A stretch of 64,000 bases of DNA from Patescibacteria group bacterium (GCA_038061795.1 JBBTYL010000002.1:105511-169510), one strand, 5' to 3'. Shown: positions 36,912-46,436, numbered from the stretch's first letter. Notes: generated from the sequence alone by a model not told the origin. Program-made: numbers and translations.

Positions 36912-37532
36912 ATGAAATTTTATTTTAAAAAAGGATTTACGCTCGTTGAACTCATAGTAGTCATTGGAATTTTGGGCTTGATCATGATCGGCGTCAGTAA
37001 TTTTCAAGTAGATGTGCTTGTGTATAATAAATATGCAGAAAATTCACTCTCAAGTGCGCAAGATGCAAGAAATGTTCTCAGGGTAATAGTAAAAGAGCTT
37101 CGCACCGCATCCCCAAGCAATAACGGGGCATACGCCATTGCTCAAGCGGCAACGAGCACCATAACGTTCTTCAGTGATACTGATGGCGATGGATTGAAAG
37201 AACAGATACGCTATTTTATCTCGACGACAACCCCCGTAACTTTGAAAAAAGGTTCTATCAAGCCTATAGGCTCACCCTCTGTGTACAGTCCTTCTGCCGA
37301 AGTCTTTTCAACCTTAGCGTATAATATAAAGAATGCTACTAGTACAGCACTGTTTGAATATTATGATAACGGCTACGCAGGTACGAGCAGCCCATTGACC
37401 CAGCCAGTGACAGTTACCAGCATTCGTCTGGTCAAGATCAATCTGATGATTGATGCTGATCCGAACAAGTCGCCGATTCCAAGGCTCTATACCTCTCAAG
37501 TAAGCTTAAGAAATCTAAAAGATAATTTATGA
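36912..37532 (+). CDS. Type IV pilin-like protein with a canonical prepilin signal
   Basis: MKFYFKKGFTLVELIVVIGILGLIMIG contains the KKG|FTLVE cleavage/methylation motif. At 206 aa it is the candidate major pilin of the cluster. Confidence 0.8.
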   Translation: MKFYFKKGFTLVELIVVIGILGLIMIGVSNFQVDVLVYNKYAENSLSSAQDARNVLRVIVKELRTASPSNNGAYAIAQAATSTITFFSDTDGDGLKEQIRYFISTTTPVTLKKGSIKPIGSPSVYSPSAEVFSTLAYNIKNATSTALFEYYDNGYAGTSSPLTQPVTVTSIRLVKINLMIDADPNKSPIPRLYTSQVSLRNLKDNL

Positions 37533-38956
37533 TATTAAAAAAAGGCCTTATTCTCGTCAATGTCTTGGTGTTCGGAGCCATTGCCATCATTGTCACAAGC
37601 GCCATGGTGAACTGGGGAGCAACCATGCTGAAAGATACGAAGCAGCTGAGTGCTCGAGAGCAGGCTTTTCAGATTGCTGAAGCCGGCATTGATTATTATC
37701 GATGGCATCTAGCCCACTCTCCCACAGACTATAAGGACGGCACGGCTACCACGACCAACGGCCCCTTTATCCATGATTTCGAAGATAAGGACGGAAACGT
37801 GATTGGCGCGTTCGAGTTGACCATAACTCCGCCGCTGATAGGATCTACGCTGGTGAAGATAGTTTCAAAGGGGACGGTCGTTGAGTATCCTTCAGTCTAT
37901 CGCAAGATTCAGTCAACGCTTGCCATACCATCCCTTGCGAAGTATGCAGTGGTAGCGAATGCCTTCATGAATTTTGGTTCAGGTACTGTCGTACAGGGTC
38001 CAATTCACTCAAATGGGGGAATACATTTCGATGGAATAGCATATAATATTGTTTCGAGCGCTGTTAACACATTTACCGATCCTGATGTCAATGCGACAAA
38101 ATGGGCCGTCTACACCACTTCAGGGAGCGATGATCCGAATCCTATGACGGCATTGCCTGTTCGCAATGATGTTTTTATGGCAGGAAGGCAGTTTCCATTA
38201 GCAGCGGTTGATTTCAATGCCCTCACAGCCGATTTATCAAATCTAAAGGCACAGGCAACTTCCAGCGGCGCATATTTCGCTCCGTCTGGCGCTCAAGGAT
38301 ACCATATAGTCCTCAATACGAATGATACGTTTACTATCTATACCGTAAACTCTTTAATAAATCTTACGGGATCTTGTGCGACAAATGCGACTGCTCAAAG
38401 CCAGTCAGGATGGGGATCGTGGAGCATCAATACCCAAAGCGCAGCCATAGGCACCTACGCATTTCCTTCAAACGGAATTATTTTCGTCGAAGACAATGTA
38501 TGGGTTGACGGGACTATAAATACGGCTCGTCTCACGATAGCAGCAGGAGTCTTTCCAGATGATGCAAGTACAAGGAAAAGCATTACAGTCAATAGTAATT
38601 TGCTTTATACGAATTATGACGGACAGGATGTCATTGCTCTTATCGCTCAAAAAAATATAAATGCTGGATTCAGCAGCCTCAATACGCAAAGAATCGACGC
38701 AGCGCTTGTCGCTCAAAACGGCCGCGCAGGAAGATATTATTATTCTACGAATTGCGGAACAGGGCATACAAGAAGCACACTGACGCTCTACGGCATGATT
38801 GCGACCAATCAGCGTTACGGTTTTGCCTATTCTGGCGGTACAGGATATACGACAAGAAACATTATCTATGATAGTTATCTTCTATATGGCCCCCCACCTT
38901 CATTTCCTCTGACTTCAAGCCAGTATACGACCCTCTCCTGGGAGGAGATTAAATAA
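37529..38956 (+). CDS. Pilus-associated protein with a non-canonical pilin-like N-terminus (PilX-like?)
   Basis: MILKKGLILVNVLVFGAIAIIVTSAMVNW has KKG followed by a hydrophobic helix, but no Phe at +1 and no Glu at +5. The large Gly/Asn/Thr-rich extracellular part suggests a beta-helix. Overlaps the upstream pilin gene by 4 nt. Confidence 0.6.
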   Translation: MILKKGLILVNVLVFGAIAIIVTSAMVNWGATMLKDTKQLSAREQAFQIAEAGIDYYRWHLAHSPTDYKDGTATTTNGPFIHDFEDKDGNVIGAFELTITPPLIGSTLVKIVSKGTVVEYPSVYRKIQSTLAIPSLAKYAVVANAFMNFGSGTVVQGPIHSNGGIHFDGIAYNIVSSAVNTFTDPDVNATKWAVYTTSGSDDPNPMTALPVRNDVFMAGRQFPLAAVDFNALTADLSNLKAQATSSGAYFAPSGAQGYHIVLNTNDTFTIYTVNSLINLTGSCATNATAQSQSGWGSWSINTQSAAIGTYAFPSNGIIFVEDNVWVDGTINTARLTIAAGVFPDDASTRKSITVNSNLLYTNYDGQDVIALIAQKNINAGFSSLNTQRIDAALVAQNGRAGRYYYSTNCGTGHTRSTLTLYGMIATNQRYGFAYSGGTGYTTRNIIYDSYLLYGPPPSFPLTSSQYTTLSWEEIK

Positions 38957-38968
38957 GGATTACCGCTG

Positions 38969-38977
38969 TGGTATACT
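38969..38977 (+). promoter_or_regulatory. Extended -10 promoter (TGGTATACT) 6 nt upstream of the tpiA ATG
   Basis: TGnTATAnT motif. The spacing implies that transcription starts at or next to the start codon. Confidence 0.5.
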
Positions 38978-38983
38978 GTTTTC

Positions 38984-39742
38984 ATGAAGAAAAAGCTGAT
39001 CATCGGCAATTGGAAGATGAATCCGACGACTCTTGATGAGGCGCGTCGGATTTTCCGTTCTACGAAAAATGTGACGAAGAGACTCACTTCGACCGAGGTC
39101 GTTGTCTGTCCTCCTTTTGTCTATATTCCCGCCTTGCTTGCAAAAAGGGGAGACCCTGTCGTCTCCATAGGAGCACAGGACTCATATTCGCAGGAGCAGG
39201 GATCGTTCACTGGAGAAGTCAGCCCGCTCATGCTCAAGGATATCGGCGTGACGCATGTGATCATCGGGCATTCGGAGCGCCGTGCAAAAGGAGAGACAGA
39301 TGAAGCAATTTCCACGAAGATAGCTCAGGCCCTTGAGGCTGGCCTTCGCGTCGTCCTTTGTGTGGGGGAGAAAGAAAGAGACGAGCAGGGAACCTATCTC
39401 GATGTCCTGAAGGTTCAGATAAAGAACTCGCTCAATAAAATTCCTAAAAAGCTTATCGGAAAGCTGATTGTGGCATACGAGCCAATCTGGGCCATTGGCG
39501 GCAAGGAAGCGATGGATCCAGCGCTTATCTATGAAATGTCGCTTTTCGTCAAAAAAGTGCTATCCGATATCTACGGTCACGCCGAAGCCGTATCGACTCC
39601 GGTTCTATATGGCGGCGCTGTCAATTTCAGAAATGCCGGAGATATCATCGTGAAGGGCCAAGTCGACGGGCTGCTTGTCGGCCGTGAAAGCGTCAATTCT
39701 GACGGCTTCACGGAATTGCTTAAGGCCGTTGATCTCCTTTAA
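38984..39742 (+). CDS. tpiA: Triosephosphate isomerase
   Basis: GNWKMN, IGHSERR, AYEPIWAIG, YGGAV motifs. 252 aa. Confidence 0.95.
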   Translation: MKKKLIIGNWKMNPTTLDEARRIFRSTKNVTKRLTSTEVVVCPPFVYIPALLAKRGDPVVSIGAQDSYSQEQGSFTGEVSPLMLKDIGVTHVIIGHSERRAKGETDEAISTKIAQALEAGLRVVLCVGEKERDEQGTYLDVLKVQIKNSLNKIPKKLIGKLIVAYEPIWAIGGKEAMDPALIYEMSLFVKKVLSDIYGHAEAVSTPVLYGGAVNFRNAGDIIVKGQVDGLLVGRESVNSDGFTELLKAVDLL

Positions 39743-39752
39743 TCATTTCGAA

Positions 39753-40814
39753 ATGAAAAACATACTGGATGTTGAAAATTTGGACGGCGTCAGGGTGCTT
39801 GTACGAGCCGACTTCAATGTGCCTATACAGAACGGAATCATTAACGATGACTTTAGAATCAGGAAATCATTGCCCCTTTTGAAATACCTTATCGGAAAAG
39901 GCGCCCAGCTTATCCTCATAAGTCATATCGAGACGAAGGACGACCCGACATTGAAGCCGGTGGCCGATGCGCTCAAGAAAATGGGAATTGATTGCGTATT
40001 CGAAAATAATTACAAAAAGGCACTTAGCACTAAAAACAAGGTCACATTGCTTGAGAACCTCCGTGGACATGATGGCGAAAAGAATAATGACAGGAAATTC
40101 GCAAGGGAACTGGCATCGCTTGCGGATATTTATGTAAATGAAGCATTTTCATGCTCACATAGGGAACATGCATCCATCTGTGCGATTACTGAATTCATTC
40201 CAAGCTATGCCGGATTGCAGTTTGCAGAAGAAATCAAGCATTTGAGCTCGGCATTCAATCCTGACCACCCGTTTCTTTTCATACTCGGCGGCGCAAAATT
40301 CGATACGAAGCTGCCCTTGGTTGAAAAATTCATAAAGCTTGCTGATACGGTTTTCATCGGTGGCGCGCTTGCGAACGATTTCTTCAAGGAACAGGGCAGG
40401 GATATAGGAACTTCAATGGTTTCTGATACGAAGCCTGATCTTTCGAACTTCCTACACAGCGAAAAGCTCCTCTTACCGCTCGATAGCATTCTCAAAGATA
40501 CCGCGATCATGGATGCAGGCCTGAAAACAGTAGAAATGCTCCGCCAAGAAATCGAAAAGGCCCGCTATGTTCTTTGGAATGGTCCGCTCGGCGCTTATGA
40601 GACTGGGTACAAGGCTTCCACGCTCCAGCTTGCCGAGATTCTAGCTGATGCCACTAAAAAAGGAGCCAAAACCATCGTCGGCGGCGGAGATACCCTTGCT
40701 ACTATCACCGAGCTTAAGCTCGAGGATTCATTCACTTTCGTCTCGACTGGAGGGGGGGCGATGCTCGAATATCTTGCAAAAGGCACCTTGCCTGGAATCA
40801 AAGCATTGACGTAG
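39753..40814 (+). CDS. pgk: Phosphoglycerate kinase
   Basis: VLVRADFNVP, ISHIETKDD-type region, GGAKFDTKL, and the C-terminal STGGGAMLEYL. Start moved from the track's 39675 (which overlaps tpiA) to the ATG at 39753. At about 353 aa it is somewhat short for a PGK. Confidence 0.9.
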   Translation: MKNILDVENLDGVRVLVRADFNVPIQNGIINDDFRIRKSLPLLKYLIGKGAQLILISHIETKDDPTLKPVADALKKMGIDCVFENNYKKALSTKNKVTLLENLRGHDGEKNNDRKFARELASLADIYVNEAFSCSHREHASICAITEFIPSYAGLQFAEEIKHLSSAFNPDHPFLFILGGAKFDTKLPLVEKFIKLADTVFIGGALANDFFKEQGRDIGTSMVSDTKPDLSNFLHSEKLLLPLDSILKDTAIMDAGLKTVEMLRQEIEKARYVLWNGPLGAYETGYKASTLQLAEILADATKKGAKTIVGGGDTLATITELKLEDSFTFVSTGGGAMLEYLAKGTLPGIKALT

Positions 40815-40904
40815 ATAAATTTCCATTGCTGACCATCATTTCGTAATTGCGAAATCTCGAAACAAGAGGGATAATGGCATTATATTAATTTTTTTATTAA
40901 AATA

Positions 40905-43055
40905 ATGCCGCAAAAAATCATTAAGCGTGATGGGAAAGAGGTTGATTTTGAAGAGAAGAAAATAGAGCGTGCGATAAGGAATGCGGGAGGCGCGACGCAG
41001 GAATTCGATGGAAAAGTCGCGAAAGTTCTTGCAAAACAGGTCGCTCAGATCATGAAGGCATCGCTCAAAGAAAAAACCGAGAAACATGTTCCTCGGGTAG
41101 AGGAAATTCAAGACATTGTTGAGAAAGTTTTGATGCAGTCTCGCTACAAGAAGACGGCAAAGGCATATATTCTCTACAGGGCACAGCATGCTGAGATGAG
41201 GGCGTTTGCGACTGCTGCCTCGCTTGGACTTATTGATAACTACCTAGAAAAACTTGATTGGCAGGTCAAAGAGAATAGCAACATGGGCTACTCTCTTCAG
41301 GGTCTTAACAATTATATCTTTTCTGAAGTCAGCAAGACGTATTGGCTCAACAAGATTTATCCTCGAGAAATCAGGGAGGCTTATGAAAATGGAGATCTTC
41401 ATCTTCACGATCTTGGAACGCTTTCCATTTATTGCGTCGGTTGGGATCTTCTAGACCTCCTCACGGAAGGCTTCCGCGGAGTTTCTGATAAGATCGAGTC
41501 CGCTCCTCCGAAGCATTTTCGAACAGCGCTCGGCCAGGTCGTGAATTTCATGTACACGTTGCAAGGCGAGGCAGCGGGCGCGATTGCTTTTTCGAACTTC
41601 GATACGCTCCTTGCGCCATTCATCCGCTATGACGGACTTACTTCGGACGAGGTGAAGCAATCCCTTCAGGAATTTGTTTTCAACATGAATGTTCCGACCC
41701 GTGTCGGATTCCAGACCCCGTTTTCAAATATCACTCTTGACCTTACGCCGTCGCCGAATTTCAAGAAGACGAAGGTTATCATCGGCGGAAAGCCTCAGAA
41801 TGAAACCTACTCAGAATTCCAAAGAGAAATGGATATGCTCAACACTGCGTTTTTCGAAGTGATGAGTGAAGGAGACGCCGCAGGAAGGGTATTCACATTT
41901 CCGATTCCTACCGTAAATGTCACGAAGGACTTTGATTGGGACAATCCGAATCTTAAAGGCCTATGGGAAATTACAGCGAAGTATGGCGTTCCGTACTTCA
42001 GCAATTTCGTGAATTCCGATATGAAGCCAGAAGATACTCGCTCAATGTGTTGCCGTTTAAGGCTAGATCTTGAAGAGCTTGATCGAAGAGGGGGAGGCCT
42101 TTTCGGAGCCAATGCGCTAACAGGGTCAGTCGGCGTGGTTACGATCAACCTGCCTCGCCTCGGATATCTCGCACAAGGAAAGGGAAAGGATAAAGGAAAG
42201 AAAGCTTTTTACAAGCTTCTTGCTGAGAAGATGGATATTGCAAAAGAAAGCCTTGAGATCAAGCGAAAGATTCTTGAGCGATTTACCGATGCGAACCTGT
42301 ACCCATACACGAAGTTTTACCTCAGGAAAATCAAGCAATCATACGGCGAGTATTGGAAAAACCATTTCTCGACGATCGGCCTTGTCGGCATGAACGAAGC
42401 CGCGTTAAATCTTATCGGCTGTGATATCGGCCATGATGAAGGAAGAAAATTTGCTGGTGAAGTACTTGATTTCATGAGAAAGAGGCTCGTCGGCTATCAG
42501 AAAGAGACCGGAAATCTTTATAATCTCGAGGCAAGCCCAGCTGAGGGAACTGCATATCGCCTCGCGCTTAAAGACAAGAAGCTTTATCCAGACATCATCG
42601 TTGCAAATGAAAGCGACTTTACAAACGGCGCACAGCCATTCTATACGAACTCATCCCAGCTTCCGGTGAATTACACTACTGACATAATTGAGGCGCTTGA
42701 TATACAAGACAATCTCCAGACAAAATATACCGGAGGAACCGTGGTTCATCTTTTCTTGGGAGAGCGTATCGCCGATGCCTCATCAGTGCCGTCCCTTGTT
42801 AAAAAAATCTGCGAAAATTATAAATTGCCATATTTCACTTTGACTCCCACATTCAGCGTCTGTTCTTCTCATGGATATATCGCAGGAGAGAAGCATACGT
42901 GTCCGACATGCAACGCTGCGTGCGAAGTTTACTCCCGAGTCGTTGGTTATCTTCGGCCAGTCAGCCAATGGAATGCCGGCAAGCAGGAAGAGTATAAGCT
43001 TAGAGACACATTCGTCCCAGAAGTCGAATTGAAGGCATCTGTTAAATCGCATTAA
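40905..43055 (+). CDS. nrdD: Anaerobic (class III) ribonucleoside-triphosphate reductase
   Basis: N-terminal ATP-cone (IIKRDGKEVDFEEKKIERAI), C-terminal Zn site CPTCNAAC and the glycyl-radical motif SRVVGYLRP. 716 aa. Confidence 0.95.
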   Translation: MPQKIIKRDGKEVDFEEKKIERAIRNAGGATQEFDGKVAKVLAKQVAQIMKASLKEKTEKHVPRVEEIQDIVEKVLMQSRYKKTAKAYILYRAQHAEMRAFATAASLGLIDNYLEKLDWQVKENSNMGYSLQGLNNYIFSEVSKTYWLNKIYPREIREAYENGDLHLHDLGTLSIYCVGWDLLDLLTEGFRGVSDKIESAPPKHFRTALGQVVNFMYTLQGEAAGAIAFSNFDTLLAPFIRYDGLTSDEVKQSLQEFVFNMNVPTRVGFQTPFSNITLDLTPSPNFKKTKVIIGGKPQNETYSEFQREMDMLNTAFFEVMSEGDAAGRVFTFPIPTVNVTKDFDWDNPNLKGLWEITAKYGVPYFSNFVNSDMKPEDTRSMCCRLRLDLEELDRRGGGLFGANALTGSVGVVTINLPRLGYLAQGKGKDKGKKAFYKLLAEKMDIAKESLEIKRKILERFTDANLYPYTKFYLRKIKQSYGEYWKNHFSTIGLVGMNEAALNLIGCDIGHDEGRKFAGEVLDFMRKRLVGYQKETGNLYNLEASPAEGTAYRLALKDKKLYPDIIVANESDFTNGAQPFYTNSSQLPVNYTTDIIEALDIQDNLQTKYTGGTVVHLFLGERIADASSVPSLVKKICENYKLPYFTLTPTFSVCSSHGYIAGEKHTCPTCNAACEVYSRVVGYLRPVSQWNAGKQEEYKLRDTFVPEVELKASVKSH

Positions 43056-43058
43056 AAT

Positions 43059-43748
43059 ATGGTTTTCGGAGGATTCGAAAAATGCACGCTGATAGACTAT
43101 CCCGGCAAAGTCGCCTGCATGGTCTACACGATTGGCTGCAATTTTCGATGCCCGTATTGCCATAATCCCGAACTCGTTGACGAAACCGTTGAAAACAAGA
43201 CGAATGAGAGCGATATTTTGAAATTTCTTGAAAAAAGGAAGAAAATGCTCGATGCAATTGTGATTACAGGAGGCGAACCGACAATGCATGGCAGAAAGCT
43301 TCTTTCTTTCATGAAGAAGGTCAAGAATCTCGGCTTTCTGGTCAAGCTGGACTCGAACGGCACGAATCCTGATTTTATCAAAGAAGCTCTTGATAAAAAG
43401 CTTGTTGATTATATTGCGATGGATATAAAGTCTCCGCTTTCGAAATACAGCCAGACAGTAGCAAGGCCGGTCGATATCAGCAACATACGCAAGAGCATAA
43501 GACTTATTATGGACTCATCAATCGAATACGAGTTTCGGACGACTGTCATAAAAGCGCTTCTTTCGCCTCAGGATTTCGATGAAATCGGCCGTGAGATCAG
43601 CGGAGCAAAGAAGTTCTTTCTGCAGAAATTCATCCCGACAAAACTGCTCAACCCCCAGTTCAGGAAGAAGGTCACGTATTCTGATGACGAGTTCTCCCTA
43701 TTGCAAGAAAAAATGAACAACTATGTTGCATACTGCGGAATCCGCTAA
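43059..43748 (+). CDS. nrdG: Class III RNR activating enzyme (radical SAM)
   Basis: CNFRCPYCHNPE radical-SAM cluster motif and GGEPT. Located immediately after nrdD. Confidence 0.9.
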   Translation: MVFGGFEKCTLIDYPGKVACMVYTIGCNFRCPYCHNPELVDETVENKTNESDILKFLEKRKKMLDAIVITGGEPTMHGRKLLSFMKKVKNLGFLVKLDSNGTNPDFIKEALDKKLVDYIAMDIKSPLSKYSQTVARPVDISNIRKSIRLIMDSSIEYEFRTTVIKALLSPQDFDEIGREISGAKKFFLQKFIPTKLLNPQFRKKVTYSDDEFSLLQEKMNNYVAYCGIR

Positions 43749-44946
43749 GACAATTTACCTCGATTATGCCGCAACAACTCCGACAGACCCAGAGGTGCTT
43801 AAGATGATGCTACCGTATTTCGGTCGTGAATATAGCAATGCATCATCTATGCACTCAAGTGGGCGCAGGGCAGGACAGGCTATCGCTGATGCGAGGTCTC
43901 TCGTTGCGAGTATTTTGAAGTGCGAACCAAAAGAAATTATCTTTACCGGCTCTGGAACTGAGTCTGATAATCTTGCCTTGCTTGGAGTCGCCCGCGCCTA
44001 TAAATCAGAAGGCAATCATATCATTATTTCGTCCATCGAACACAAGGCAGTCACTGAATCGGCCCAGTATCTCAGAGAGGAAGGGTTTAAGGTAAGTATC
44101 ACGCCTGTTATGGCGGATGGACTGATTGATGTTTCAGCGCTTATGGCTCTCGTTACGGAGAAAACAATACTTATATCCGTCATGTACGCGAACAATGAGA
44201 TTGGAACGATACAGCCGATTCAAGAAATTGCTTCAAGGCTTCAGCTTTGGAAATCCGCAAGAGGGAACAGGATAATGCCCTTTATCCATACTGATGCGTG
44301 TCAGGCAGCCGGCGCACTATCCCTCGATGTAAAAAAGCTCGGCGTTGATCTCATGACTATAAATAGCTCGAAGATCTACGGCCCGAAAGGGGCGGGCGCG
44401 CTTTTCAAGAATAAAGCAATAAAATTGAAACCCACCATTGTCGGCGGAGAACAAGAAAAAAATCAGCGCGCGGGGACTGAAAACATAGCGCTTATTGTCG
44501 GTTTTGCTGAAGCCTTGAAAAAGGCTGATTCTTTGAGGGTTATGGAAAGCAAGCGCCTTATTCTGCTCAGGGATTATTTTATAAAGTCTTTATTGACAAA
44601 AATTCCAAATGCAATTCTCAATGGACACCCGAAGCGCCGTTTGCCGAATAATATTCATGTATCAATTCCGAATATTGAAGGCGAGTCAATTCTTCTCATG
44701 CTTGATAAGCTAGGCATTGAGGCATCAACAGGTTCCGCATGTTCTGCATATGACTTGCGACCCTCTCATGTTCTTATGGCCATCGGACAGACGCCGGAGT
44801 TCGCACATGGAAGCATTCGATTTTCGCTCGGCAAAACGACGAAGAAAAAAGATATTGACTACGTTCTCTCGGTATTTCCAGGAATCGTCGCTCGCTTATC
44901 AAGCATATCGGCGCTAACAACAAAAAGAAATGAAAAAAAATACTAA
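43723..44946 (+). CDS. nifS: Cysteine desulfurase (NifS/IscS family)
   Basis: IYLDYAATTP, PLP-lysine context SSKIYGPKGAGAL, active-site Cys STGSACSA. The 26-nt overlap with nrdG means the true start may be an internal non-ATG codon. Confidence 0.9.
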   Translation: MLHTAESAKTIYLDYAATTPTDPEVLKMMLPYFGREYSNASSMHSSGRRAGQAIADARSLVASILKCEPKEIIFTGSGTESDNLALLGVARAYKSEGNHIIISSIEHKAVTESAQYLREEGFKVSITPVMADGLIDVSALMALVTEKTILISVMYANNEIGTIQPIQEIASRLQLWKSARGNRIMPFIHTDACQAAGALSLDVKKLGVDLMTINSSKIYGPKGAGALFKNKAIKLKPTIVGGEQEKNQRAGTENIALIVGFAEALKKADSLRVMESKRLILLRDYFIKSLLTKIPNAILNGHPKRRLPNNIHVSIPNIEGESILLMLDKLGIEASTGSACSAYDLRPSHVLMAIGQTPEFAHGSIRFSLGKTTKKKDIDYVLSVFPGIVARLSSISALTTKRNEKKY

Positions 44947-45370
44947 AAAAGTCCAAAAGACGTGCGATGTCGGCGATTGGCTTTATAGCGATGTCGTCAA
45001 GGATCATTTTTTCAATCCTCGGAACATCCTTTTTGATGAAGCAGACTATGTCGCGGACGGAGTTGGGATCGTGGGAAGTCCTGCCTGCGGAGATATGATG
45101 GTTGTCTGGATTAAGGTCGATAAGTCTGGCAAAAAGATACAAGAATGCAAATGGCGCACGTTCGGATGCGCATCAGCGATCGCATCAACTTCGATGATGT
45201 CGCTTATGGTTACCGAGAATGGCGGCATGACGCTCGCGCGGGCCAAAAGACTCTCGCCAGAATCCATCATCGATAGGCTTCTTGGCTTGCCGGATAGGAA
45301 GTATCACTGTTCCGTGCTCGGGCAGAATGCGCTCAGGGAAGCGATTCTGGATTACGAAAAGCAAAAATAA
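44930..45370 (+). CDS. nifU: Fe-S cluster scaffold protein (NifU N-terminal / IscU-like)
   Basis: Three conserved Cys contexts: GSPACGDMM, FGCASAIAS and YHCSVLG-type. Confidence 0.85.
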   Translation: MKKNTKKVQKTCDVGDWLYSDVVKDHFFNPRNILFDEADYVADGVGIVGSPACGDMMVVWIKVDKSGKKIQECKWRTFGCASAIASTSMMSLMVTENGGMTLARAKRLSPESIIDRLLGLPDRKYHCSVLGQNALREAILDYEKQK

Positions 45371-45371
45371 G

Positions 45372-46085
45372 ATGTCACAGGAAGAAATAAAGAAGACGTA
45401 CAAGGTAATTAAGAATCGTGTAGAAACGCACGACACCGCTACGCTCGACCTTGTCTTTGAAGACGGTTCTGTACCGCAATATAAAGCTGGGCAGTTCATA
45501 ACCATTTATTTTCCTGAGATCGGGACACCAGAGGGAAAGGCCTACAGCATTTCAAGCTCGCCTAGTGAAAAGGGAATGAGCATAACCATCAAAGCAATAG
45601 GACTTTTTTCAAAAAGGCTTTGCGCGATGAAGCCTGGAGATGCTTTTATAGGTTCGCTTCCATACGGATATTTTTTCAGCGAATCAGACAGGACGCCGCT
45701 CGTTCTCGTGGCTGGGGGCATCGGCGTGACACCGTTTCGAGGAATGATACTCGATTCATTCGAAAGGACGCCGCATCGCAAGATAATACTTTTTCAGAGC
45801 TGCAAGACGGTCGATGACATTGTCTTCAAGAAAGATTTCGAGGATCTAGCCCGCAAGCACCCCCAATTCAAGCCGATCTTTTTTGTAACTCGTCAGGAAA
45901 GCCCGGACCCGAGCCATATCTGCCGACGCATCGAAGTGATGGATATTGTCGGCAAAAACAGCCCGAAAGAAAAAGAATATTTTATCTGTGGATCGATACC
46001 GTTCGTCGGAGACCTATGGAAGGCTCTTCGAAAGAAAGGGGTTGCAGAAGAAATGATCTGCACTGAAGCTTTCTTTTCGCACTGA
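45372..46085 (+). CDS. FAD/NAD(P)H-binding oxidoreductase, ferredoxin-NADP reductase-like fold
   Basis: FAD-binding KAYSISSSP (RxYS motif) and NAD-binding VAGGIGVTPFRGM. There is no C-terminal Fe-S Cys cluster. Start moved from the track's 45282 (inside nifU) to the ATG at 45372, 1 nt after the nifU stop. Confidence 0.75.
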   Translation: MSQEEIKKTYKVIKNRVETHDTATLDLVFEDGSVPQYKAGQFITIYFPEIGTPEGKAYSISSSPSEKGMSITIKAIGLFSKRLCAMKPGDAFIGSLPYGYFFSESDRTPLVLVAGGIGVTPFRGMILDSFERTPHRKIILFQSCKTVDDIVFKKDFEDLARKHPQFKPIFFVTRQESPDPSHICRRIEVMDIVGKNSPKEKEYFICGSIPFVGDLWKALRKKGVAEEMICTEAFFSH

Positions 46086-46106
46086 ATCATATATAATTAC
46101 GAAACT

Positions 46107-46436
46107 ATGAAATTGTCAGAAAGGAAAAACATGCAGACGGTCCTTCCGAAAGAAGCGTATGAAAAGAACGCGCTTATTTACAAGATTCTTGCCAACCCCA
46201 AACGTCTCGAAATTCTAAATCTGCTCAAGAAGCAGGAGACTTCAGTCGAAGATCTCTTGAGGATAACCAAGCTTCCCAAAGCGAACCTTTCTCAACATCT
46301 TGCGCTTATGCGCCACAACGGCCTTGTTATCCCTCGCCGTTCCGGGCTCAATATCTACTACAGCATCATTGATCCTCGAATAGTGGAGCCTTGCAAGATT
46401 CTTCACGAGCTTCGCCATCAGGACCTTGTAGTCTAA
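46107..46436 (+). CDS. ArsR/SmtB-family transcriptional regulator
   Basis: IYKILANPKRLEILNLL...SVEDLLRITKLPKANLSQHLALMRHNGLV is the canonical ArsR winged HTH. Confidence 0.8.
   Translation: MKLSERKNMQTVLPKEAYEKNALIYKILANPKRLEILNLLKKQETSVEDLLRITKLPKANLSQHLALMRHNGLVIPRRSGLNIYYSIIDPRIVEPCKILHELRHQDLVV

Noticed and set aside
39675-39752. Upstream extensions of pgk (39675) and of the FNR-like gene (45282..45371)
   Set aside because: The extensions lie inside tpiA and nifU respectively in other frames. Recognisable homology begins at the internal ATGs (39753 and 45372).
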